Positions 8,509 through 18,400 of a DNA stretch of 64,000 bases are shown piece after piece. The stretch is taken from contig JBBDYJ010000025.1 in NCBI GenBank assembly GCA_040901675.1, positions 159,943 to 223,942 on the forward strand, in the 5' to 3' direction. This DNA comes from Pirellulales bacterium. Its GTDB lineage: Bacteria; Planctomycetota; Planctomycetia; Pirellulales; JAICIG01. The notes under the pieces are model-generated. The model searched no databases. It was not told the DNA's origin and worked only from the letters and a program-made list of their open reading frames with translations. The first letter of the stretch is position 1. Each line of letters begins with the position of its first letter. The translations under genes were made by a program, and so were the position numbers.

Positions 8509-10526
8509 CTAATCGTCGTTTATTTCGGTGTCAAGCGCGTCTGCTATGTCCGCAGCCTCGTCCGGTGATAGGGCAAGAGGCTTTGAGTGACTGGCCGCGC
8601 CACTTGGCAAGCTATTGTCTGGCGCAGTGTTGTCGTCGGCATTGCCAAGCAGGCCTGCCCAAAAAACCTCGTGAAATAGAACATTCGCGTAAATCATGTC
8701 ATAGTTATAAGCTGACACCATGGTCTGGCCGGCATTTTCCATCGCAGGTTGTATGTTACTCGGATAGATTGTAGTCGTTGTGCTTCCCGGAGGCGTATAA
8801 CCGATTGCCTGACCCAATGGATTGTTGGCCGTCATTGCCGGGGTACCAAACGTCACATACTGGCCGTATGATAAAACGCTCGCGCCCCAGATCATCCATA
8901 TATCGTGAGCAGGAGCAACTACTCCGCTATAGAAGGGATTAAAATTCCACCATCCACCCTGGATATAGTAAGAATACGTGTCCCATGTATAGCCAACGGC
9001 GAGCTGGTCTGGCGGCTTTGAGGTTACCTGAACGACGACTTGATTCGGTATCCCGGCAGCGTCGAGAATCCCTTGGAGAATCGCATCAACGGCAACGGGG
9101 TCGAAGCTCGGAGGCATAGTAGAACCATCGATGTATATATCGATGACCGGGGGGAAATCGGGATCGACGTCCAGCTCTTCAAGACCGCGAGGATCGGTGG
9201 ACGCGATAGGGTTGTTATGAACATAGCGCATCAGGTTTGGATCGCCCGCATTGAAGCCGATCGGGTCCTCGCTGGTGAAGCGGCCGACGCGGGGATCGTA
9301 CCAGCGGGCGCGATTGTGGTACTGGTCGATCGCCGCCTCCCACTCGCGGGCGGCGTACTTGAAACGGTCGCCGGTGCCGCTCTGGCTGGCAATGTTCCCG
9401 AACGAGTCGTAGTTGGCCGTGTACAACGTGCTGGTGCCCATCTTGTTCACGATCTGCCGCACCGAGCCGATGAGGTCGGGCATGTACCAGTCGACCACGC
9501 CGGAGGCCGACATCCGCCCCATGAGCTCGTCAATCCCCGCCGCGTAGAAATAGCGGTTGGTCAGCGAGCCGGCGGAGTTGAAGTCGGCATAGGGATTCGC
9601 GCCGTCGTAGGCGTGCCAGGTTTGCACGGCCGCCTGCGGCCCTGAGCCGTCGGAGTCGATCCAGCGGCCGATCAGCCGATCGAAAACGTCGTAGGTGAAG
9701 CGGGCTTCGCGGATGGTCGTGCCGCCGGAGTCCTTGACCAGCACCTTGGTGAGCCGGTTGCGATGGTCCCAGGTGAACTCGGTCCGCTGGCTGTCGGAGA
9801 TGCGGACCTGGACGGTCAGGTTCCCCTCGTTGTCGTGCGTGTAGTTGTACACGCCGTCGGTCAAAAGCCGGTTGCCCGTGCCGGTCGAATAGCCGGCCAT
9901 CGTGCGATTGCCGTTCAGGTCATAGCCGTAGGCCTCCGAGCGGGCCCCGCTCGCGCCGGTGAGCTGGCTGGTGGTGTCGTAAGAATAGTTGAGCGTCCCC
10001 TCGGGGCCGGTGTAGCTGGTGATCTCCGAGGCCGCGTTCCAGGTGTAGTCGAAGGCGCTCAGGGCGGGGTTGCCGGTCATCTGGCCTTTCGCGTAGCTCG
10101 AGTGCGCGATCCGCTTCACGCGGTCCATGTTGTCCAGCGTGATGTCGGTCCAGACCTCCGAACCCATCCCGTTGCGCGTGATCCTGGTGACGCGGTGCGC
10201 GTTGTCGTATGTCCAGGCCACCTGCGCGATGTTCGAGCCCACGCTCAGCGTGGCGCCGGTCATGCGGTGGGCCTGGTCGAACGTGAAGGCGGTCGAGCCG
10301 CCCAGATTGTCCGAGCGGCTCGTTCGCTCCCTAAAGGCGTTGTAGCCGTGCGTCAGAACCACGTTGGGCACCCCCGGCGTGCCGCTGTTGTCTTCGCTGG
10401 TCAGCCACCCCGCCGCATTATAGCTAAAAGCGTAGGCGGAAAAAGCGTCCGAGACGCTGGTCAACTGGCTGGCCGCGTCGTGGACGTAGCTGATCGTATG
10501 GATCGGTTCTTGGGCGGCGTCGAGCC
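8509..10526 (-). pseudogene. Orphan Rhs core plus C-terminal toxin module (open frame, no credible start)
   Basis: About 1.3 kb closely similar to the main Rhs (13100-14422), with RARWYDPRVGRFTSEDPIG and the DPRGL boundary. The unique 223-aa tip spans 8509-9180. The frame is closed upstream by TAA at 10564-10566 with no ATG or RBS. Confidence 0.88.
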
Positions 10527-10552
10527 GGGTCGGCTGGTGAGGCGTCCCCGCC

Positions 10553-10622
10553 GAATATTGGACTTATCCCCTTATCCGGCCCCTTATCCCCTTATCCGGC
10601 CCCTTATCCCCTTATCCGGCCC
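10553..10622. repeat. Junction motif B: GAATATTGGA followed by 3 perfect 20-bp units CTTATCCCCTTATCCGGCCC
   Basis: Units at 10563, 10583 and 10603. Confidence 0.93.
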
Positions 10623-10623
10623 C

Positions 10624-11213
10624 TACGCCGTGGAACGGAAGCTGGGGGAGCAGATCGCGGGCGAGTGGCGTGAGCTGCCGCGCGGCGACCGCCACGCTCG
10701 GATAGCAGCCGTGCGGCAAGAGCAATCCCAGCCCGTGCTGGACGAGTTCTTCCCATGGCTGGAGGCCGAGGCGCCCAAGCTGCTGCCCAAGAATCCGGTC
10801 CGTCAGGCAATGGACTACGCGCTGCGGCAGCGGCTGGCCCTGTTGCGCTACTGCGAAGACGGCCGCTTGGCGATCGACAACGGCGTGGCCGAGCGGGCGC
10901 TGCGCGGGATCGCCCTGGGGAGGCGGAACTGGCTATTCTGCGGCAGCGAGCGTGGGGCGCGCGCCGCGTGCGTCTACTTCAGCCTGGCCGCCAGTTGCCT
11001 CCGGCACGAAATCGATCCGTTCGCCTACCTCCGCGATCTCTTCACGCGGATGCCGGTCCTGCTGGCCGACAGCGATGGTCGGCCTTCGGACGAACAACTT
11101 CGGCTCCTCCTGCCCGACCGCTGGCTGCCATAGCACGGTAGCCGGTCCGCCCTTCGCCAGCGTCCCGCCGGATCGGCCCGCCGACCGCCCCACGCGATCC
11201 GCCGGACGCTTAC
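10624..11213 (+). mobile_element. tnpC: Truncated IS66-family element (3' part of TnpC plus right terminal inverted repeat)
   Basis: Encodes YAVERK...LLPKNPVRQAMDY...DGRLAIDNGVAERALRGIALGRRNWLFCGSERGA...IDPFAYLRD...LLPDRW, stop at 11133. The end CCGGACGCTTAC at 11202-11213 is the IS66-type terminus (GTAAGCGTCC on the other strand). Confidence 0.92.
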
Positions 11214-11275
11214 GACCCAGCCGCGCGCGTTCCGCGTCACGCTCGACGTGAAGCCCAGGGGCTGGTGGTGCTCCA
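11214..11275 (-). pseudogene. Short Rhs YD-repeat sliver interrupted by IS66
   Basis: Translates as QPLGFTSSVTRNARGWV, similar to main Rhs DPLNRTTTTQYHPRGWV and NALGFQTSFTYTAR. Confidence 0.5.
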
Positions 11276-11294
11276 GAAACGGTTGCCTTAAACC

Positions 11295-11380
11295 GCCCAA
11301 AAAGTAGACTGCCCTTTCCCTTGCCCAAAAAGTAGAATGTCCCATAAAATGTCCCCTTTCCTGCTCTGTCCCCTTTCCTG
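11295..11380. repeat. Junction motif A: 2 x GCCCAAAAAGTAGA plus iterated (AA)TGTCCCCTTTCCTG
   Basis: Read directly; ends 3 nt from the LRR gene stop codon. Confidence 0.8.
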
Positions 11381-11383
11381 GTC

Positions 11384-12421
11384 TTATCGTCTCCAGGATG
11401 GCAGAGCAGTGGGCCGGGGGCGATCAATCGACACCAGGTTCGGCATCACCTCCCGCAAATCCGCAATACCTTGGTCTGTTACATTCGTGCCCTGGAGGTA
11501 CAAAAACCGTAGACTGGACCGCTCTGATTCGGATATTAAATAGATCGCGCCCAGATCGCCAACCGCGGTATTCTTCAGATTCAGGTCCGTGAGAGCCGGC
11601 AGGGCGCCTATAACAAGCAAACTCTCGTCCGAGATTCGCGTGCCGTCGAGAAAAAGAACGGACAACCGCTGCAGCCCGGCCAAATACTGCACTCCAGCGT
11701 CCGAAACGGCGGTCTCCGACAAATACAACTTTTCTAGACTAGGAAGGCGGGAGACTGCTTGAATTCCCGAGTCGCCGATGCGGGTTCTCGACAAGTCAAG
11801 AGTCTTAAGACGTGTCAGCCCCTTTAAGTGGACCAGGCCCCCATCGGTGACGTCGGTGTCTTTGAGGTTCAAATTCGTGATGTTCGTGAGACCGCCAAGG
11901 TGCTTAAGTCCACGGTCGCCGATAGCGCATCCCGGCAGACTCAAAAAGCTAAGGCGAGCTAGGCCCCTCAAGTGGACGAGCCCGTCGTCGGTAATGCTGC
12001 TTCCACCCAGCCATAACGCTGAAAGGCTTGTGAGGCCTTCGACGTGTCGCATTTCGTCATCACTGGCTGCTGTCTCACCCAGACGCAGGTCATACAGGCC
12101 TGGCAAATCGCGAAGCCGACGCAGCAAGTCCTTATCAAAGTGTGTCCCGGACAGGGTGACAGACGTGACTTTGTCAAACGCGCTCGCAAAGCGCCGTCCG
12201 AAAAACTTTTCCGCCCACGGCTGGACCCCCGGTTGGACGACTGCTTTCCCTCCAGCGGCAGTAATCCGCCTGGCAATGTCGGACTCGACACGACCTCTTT
12301 GAAGACGCGCTGCCAGAACTGCCAGCACAACGGCAATAGGGAGCAGCACCGCAAAAAGCGCCCTAAGTCCAAACCTAGGGCGCAGCCAGTTCCTGCCGCC
12401 CTGCAATCGAGTCATTGCCAT
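11384..12421 (-). CDS. Leucine-rich repeat protein with N-terminal membrane anchor; candidate cognate immunity
   Basis: About 9 24-aa repeats (L..L.L..T.V.D.GL..L) and an RFGLRALFAVLLPIAVVLAV anchor. The ATG is 4 nt after the Rhs stop. Confidence 0.88.
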   Translation of the reverse strand: MAMTRLQGGRNWLRPRFGLRALFAVLLPIAVVLAVLAARLQRGRVESDIARRITAAGGKAVVQPGVQPWAEKFFGRRFASAFDKVTSVTLSGTHFDKDLLRRLRDLPGLYDLRLGETAASDDEMRHVEGLTSLSALWLGGSSITDDGLVHLRGLARLSFLSLPGCAIGDRGLKHLGGLTNITNLNLKDTDVTDGGLVHLKGLTRLKTLDLSRTRIGDSGIQAVSRLPSLEKLYLSETAVSDAGVQYLAGLQRLSVLFLDGTRISDESLLVIGALPALTDLNLKNTAVGDLGAIYLISESERSSLRFLYLQGTNVTDQGIADLREVMPNLVSIDRPRPTALPSWRR

Positions 12422-12425
12422 TACG

Positions 12426-15400
12426 TTACTCAGGCCACAGGTCATATACCTGGACCGGGTCAGGTAAAAGTGAAGGCATCTCGATCTCGTAAGTGTAAAA
12501 CGGATTGGGCGGTGCAGACACACCCGTCTGTGCATCAGGCAATGCATCAGCGGCACCGTGGCCGAACATGTTCAAAAACGCCTCGTACCTTGCCTGCTCA
12601 TCAGGGTTTAACATGTTAGCCGCCGGAAGCGGTTGGCCGTCGTAGTCATTCCTGGGATTGACGCCCAAGGCGGCCCGCACTTCATTCTCCACCAACGTCA
12701 CGTTTGTGCCCGATGGATTCTCCGGCGTCGGATCACTCAGCGCCAGATCATGCAAGGCGTGCCCGAGTTCATGGCATATGACAATCATCGCCCCGATGTC
12801 TGGATTCATAATTCCGGCGCCCGTGAAGAAAGTGGACCCCTGCGGCATATAATCCTGCGTATCGGGGTTGAGCCTGATAGTCAACGGACCATGTCCACCG
12901 GGCACCATCGCCGGGGCGCCTGGAATCCATAGGACCCTGATCGTCAGATAATCGGACAATGCAACGGAGGCCAGATAGCTGGGCAGGTTGTCGCCCTCTG
13001 CCATTTGTTCCAGCAGGTCCTCGAAGCGGTCCCGGTGAGGCCCTTCTTCCCCGACATGAAGAATCTCGAGACCAGTCGGATCCGTACGGTTCGTCGAGCT
13101 ATTGCCCACATAGCGGAACAGGTTTGGATCATTGGCCGCGAACCCGATCGGATCCTCGGACGTGAACCGCCCCGTGTCGGGGTCGTACCAGCGGGCGCGA
13201 TTGTGGTACTGGTCAATCGCCGCCTCGTACTCGCGGCCGGCGTACTTGAAGCGGTCGCCGGTGCCGGTCTGGCTGGCGATGTTTCCAAACGAGTCGTAGC
13301 TCGCGGCGTGCAGCACGCTGGTGCCCATCTTGTTCACGATCTGCCGCACGGACCCGATCAGGTCGGTCATGTACCAGTCCACCGCGCCGGCCGAAGACAT
13401 CCGGCCCAAGAGCGCGTCGATTGCCGGCCCATACAAATAGCGGTTCGTCAGCGAGCCGGCGGAGTTGAAGTCGGCGTAGGGATTGTCGCCATCATAGGCG
13501 TGCCAGGTCTGCACGCCCGCCTGCGGCCCCGCGCCATCCATATCGACCCAGCGGCCGATCAAGCGATCGAATACGTCATAGGTAAAGCGGGCTTCCCGGA
13601 TGGTTGTGCCGCCGGAGTCCTTGATAAGCACCTTGGTCAGCCGGTTGCGATGGTCCCAGGTGAACTCGGTGCGCTCGCCGTCGGAGATGCGGACCTGGAC
13701 GGTCAGGTTCCCCTCGTTGTCGTGCGTGTAGTTGTACACGCCGTCGGTCAAAAGCCGGTTGCCCGTGCCGGTCGAATAGCCGGCCATCGTGCGGTTGCCG
13801 TTGAGATCGTAGGAGTAGGCCTCCGCGCGGGCCCCGCTGGTGCCGGTGAGCTGGCTGGTCGTGTCGTAGGAATAGTTGAGCGTGCCTTCGGGGCCGGTGT
13901 AGTTGGTGATCTCCGAGGCGGCGTTCCAGGTGTAGTCGAAGGCGTGCAAGGGCGGTTGGCCCATCATCTGGCCCTGGTAGCTGAAGTGCGCGATCCGCTT
14001 GACCCGGTCCATGTTGTCCAGCGTGAACGTGGTCCCGACGTCCCCGGACATTCCGGGCATTGCGCCATTGCGCGTGATGCGCGTCAAACGGTCCGCGTTG
14101 TCGTACGTCCAGGCCACCTGCGCCGTGTTGGTGCCCACGGTCAGCGTGGCGCCGGTCATGCGGTGCGCCTGGTCGAAGGTGAAGGCCGTCGAGCCGCCGA
14201 GATTGTCGGCGCGGCTGGTCCGCTCGCCGAACGCGTTGTAGCCGTGCGTGAGGACCACGTTGGGCACCCCCGGCGTGCCGCTGTTGTCTTTGCTAGTCAG
14301 CCAGCCGGCATCATTATAGCCGAAAGCGTACGAGGAATAGGCGTCCGAGACGCTGGTCAACTGGCTGGCCGCGTCGTGGACGTAGCTGATCGTGTGGATC
14401 GGGGTCTGGGCGGCGTCGAGCCACTCCTCGGCCGTGACCCGGCCCACGTTGTCGCGGGCGAAGGTCCGCTCGCGGCCGTTGCGGTCCGTCACGCTGGTCA
14501 GCTCGTCGGCGCCGTTATATACAAAAGTGCGCGCGAAATTAAGCGCATTCGATTCCGAGATGACGCGATCGGCATCGTCGTGCGTCCAGGTCGTGGTGTT
14601 ATTGACCGGGTCGGTCAACTCGGTCCTACGCCCAGCCAGGTCGAAGGTCACGCGCGTCACCCCGCCCATGGCATCGAGCACCTCGATGCCCCGATCCTGC
14701 GCGTCAAAGGTCGTGGTAGTTGTTCTGTTCAGCGCATCCACGACCGACGTTCGGTTTAGTGCCAGATCGTAACCGAAGGTGGTCACCGAGGGCAGCAGTG
14801 GATTCGAGGGGCCGTCAGGGTCAGGGGTCGTGACGGTGGCAACCTGGTCACGCGCCGTGTAGGTAAATGACGTCTGAAAACCAAGGGCGTTCGTTTTTGT
14901 CAAAACTCTGCTCGCAGCGTCAAACGTGAAACTGGTGGTGTGGGACAACTGGTCCGTGTACATGACCATCCTGTCCAATTCGTCGAAAAAATATCCCCTC
15001 ATGCCGGGCGTCATTCCGCCCGGCCCGCTTTCCACCCGCTGGATGACATTGCCGTTGGCATCGTATCCCGCCCCCCGCTCATTCCCCATGGCATCGACGA
15101 CCAGCGAGACCCATCCGCGCGGGTGATATTGCGTCGTGGTGGTCCGGTTCAATGGATCCGTCAGCCCAGTTTGCTGCGAAGCGGCGTCGAACGACCTCGT
15201 GATGACTGGCGCCAAAAGCGGCCCAGAGGGGCCATCCGGATCGGGTAGCGTGATTGTGGTGTTCCTCAAGGCCGGATCCCATCCCAGCGACGTGACCCTG
15301 CCCATCGGATCTTCCACAGCCTCGAGCTCTCCGGCCGCGCCCCACACAAGCTCGGTCATGTTGTTCAGCGCGTCCGCCTCCGTCAGGATGCGGTTCATGC

Positions 15401-18400
15401 TGTCCAGGGTCCACGTCCTGGCGTGCGCAAGCGGATCCTCCAGCCGCGTGCGGTTGCCGTAAAGGTCGTAAGTCGATGTGTATTTCGGATTATTATTCGG
15501 ATCAAAATCGAGGTCTGGCAAGGTCACGACGAGCGGCCGGTTCATCGGATCGAACGTGGTCGCCGTCGTGAATCCCCGTTCATTCGTGTACGAGACCATA
15601 TTGCTGGCCAAGTCGTAGGCCAGCGTCACGAAGGGGTTGTTGTTCTCGTCCGAGTCATCATCGGGAAATTCTATTTCGACAAGCCTGTCGCGCCCGTCGT
15701 ACGAAAACGCCGTGGTTTCCCCCACTTCGTTCGTCGCCGTCGCGACCAGCCCGTCGCTGGTGTGCGTGAATGTCTTCTCGCCGTTCAAGGCGTTGCGGAT
15801 CGTGACGAGGTTGCTCCCCGTGGCCGAGTAGACGTATGTCGTGTTCTTTCCGCGAGGGTTGGTGTACAGCGTGGGCTGCGAGAAACTGTTCCAGGTCCAA
15901 CTCTCCGAATTGTAATCCGGCAGGACCACCTTGGTCGGATTGGCCTTGCTGTCGAATTCCGAGTACGTCCGCCGGTTCAAAGGATCGTTCACGAGCCAGG
16001 GAAGGCCGTTGGACGTGACGTGGACCACCGAGTTGTGGGCCATCGGGTCGGCCGCGGCGGTGGCCAGACCGAATCCCAGCCAGTCGTGCCGGCTCTGCCA
16101 GACGTTGCTGCGCGGGTCGGTGTAGCTGGCCGTGGCCTCGACCGCCAGCACGGCAATCGCCGGATTGCCCTGCGTGCCGTACGGCGACTGGGCCAGGCCG
16201 CGGATCTGCAGCGGCGTGAGCTGCTCGGTCGTCGTGTCGGGCAGCGTGACCGTGTCGACGCGCCCGGCGAAGTTCAGGCCGAACGTGGTGGTGTGATTGC
16301 GGGGCGTCGTCAGGGAGGTCATGTTGCTCGCCGAATCGTAGCCGTGCCCCCACACGCCGGTGTCGGGCATGGTGAGGCTGGTCAGCCGCCCCGAGGTGTG
16401 CGTCAACTGAGTGACGCGGCCCGCCACGTCGGTGAACGTGCTGACCATCCCGCCGGCATAGTCCAGGTCCGTCGCGATGTTGTTCTGGTCGACGATCTGC
16501 GACAGCGTGTTGTCGGGGTTCCAGTTGAACGTGACCGTGTTCTGGTTGCGATCGACGGCGGTCGACTGCCGGCCGTCCGAGCGGAAGTTGATCTTCACGC
16601 CGTCCTTGAGCGTTCGGGTCCAGGTGTCGCCGCTCTTGGTCAAGGTGCTGAAATCGCCGGCGGGCGTGACGTACGTGCCCTGCTGCGCGTCGTCGGCGAA
16701 CCACAGGCTCAGGCCGCCGGCCATCTCCAAAATCACGCCGCCGGTCACCGGATGGATTTGGCTCAACCCGCCAAGAGACCAGCCGGCCCCCAGGCTGCTC
16801 GTGCTCGAGTTGATAACGTTCACCTGTCCGCTATGGACGGTCGTCACCGGTATGGCATAGTGCTCGGTCACCTCGATCGAGAAGGGATACCTTCCGGTGG
16901 CCAAGCCGGCCTGCCCTTGCAGGGCGATTTGCAGGATGCCGCCGGGGTTCAACTGCGAAGTGTCGTACCAGATTTCCGAGCCGGCCGCACCGTTGAGCGT
17001 CAGCTTGGCGCTGACCAGGCTCGGGGCCGCCGCCCGCGTGGGATCCAGCTCGAAGTGGTCGATGAAGATCGGCCGGGGGTCGGCCGCCAGCGAGCTGTAA
17101 ACCAGCCTGATCGGCGCCACGCCCGGGTTGTAGGAGGGCAGTTCATGGGCCACGTACAACCCGCCGGTCACCGGAGAAATCGCGAAGTCGGCCGACTCGA
17201 TCAACTGCTGCTCGGCCTGAACCTGGTCGGGGGCCAGCACCGTCGACCAGGTGCCCGCGCTGGATGGCGGGGCCGGAACCTGGCCCATCCCATTGGTCGG
17301 CTCGACCAAGACCGTGAGCTCTTGGCTCTGCTGGGAGCTGTCGACATTCGTCGTTGTCAAGACGATGGTATTCGTCCTGGGCGAACCTTGGAAACTCGTC
17401 CAGTTGAACTGCAGGCGGTACGTGCCTGTACCCGTGACGTTCTCAATATCCGGGGCTTGGCTCAAGTCCCAGTCGTATGTGGCCACGATCCCGCCCGACA
17501 CCTGCGCCCTTAGATCCATCTGCCAGGTGCTGTAGGAGTGCTGGATAACTCCGGGCACGAGCACGGCCGCCTCGTTGGCCGACAGCACCCAGAGCGGATC
17601 GGTCCAGCCGGCCGCCAGCCCCGGCGGCGTAATCAGCGGACTGGTGAAGAACTCGTCGGGCTGGGGCATGGTCGTCGGGGTGTCGGACGTCTCGGGCGCG
17701 AGCGGATCGGAACTCATGGTCGTGGTGCTCGTGGAATCCAGCGTCGCGTCCGACGTGGTCGACGTGCTCTCTTCGGTTGTCAACACCGGCTCGGACGTGG
17801 CGGTTGAATCGCTCGGGCTCAACGAGCGGGCGGCCAATCCTAGATCCGCCGGGGGTGCTGCGTCGGCGCTCCCGGCCAGAGTCGGGGCCGCCGGAGCCGA
17901 TGCATCGGTGGTGAGTCCCTGCGGCGGAACGGCGGCCAGGCTGCCGCCTGACGGGGCGTCCGCGCCGGTATCGATTGCCGAGTTCAACAGGGCCAGCGAG
18001 GCGTGCGGGTTGTCGTCACTGCCCAACGGGCCGGACCAAAGCTCGCCCATCAAATCGGTGGACAAGGCATTCGCCGGCGTGCGGCCCGTGTCGCTCTCGT
18101 GGCCGGAATCGAGAACCTCGATCTGGTACGGGATTCGGACGCTTTGGATTTGGGCGGTGTTGATCGACTCGCTCGCCAGGCTGACGGGCGAGCTGGCCGT
18201 CTCGTCGGGCGATTCACCTTCTTCGGTTGAGATGCGCTCCGTGTAGGTCAAATCCGCGGGGGCGACTTCCGCCTGCACCGCCGCTGCAAGGCCGGCGCTG
18301 ACCGCGGTCGTGGTGAAGAAAACGTCGGTCACCGGCAACCGCTCTTCACACTTTTCGGGCGCCTTGGCCACGCGGTTGGTGCGCCGGGGCGGCTTGCGGC

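Noticed and set aside
10553..10622. Repeat array as a possible CRISPR
   Set aside because: The units are head-to-tail with no unique spacers, and there are no cas genes.
9763..11133. 456-aa plus-strand ORF as a full transposase
   Set aside because: Only the last ~170 codons are IS66. The rest is the antisense shadow of Rhs plus repeat translation.
9200..14422. Rhs duplicate as a diversity-generating retroelement TR/VR pair
   Set aside because: There is no reverse transcriptase in the window, and the differences are not adenine-specific; they fit an ordinary orphan module.
13005..17513. Long plus-strand ORFs (584 aa and 696 aa)
   Set aside because: Antisense shadows of the GC-rich Rhs gene with no recognisable motifs.
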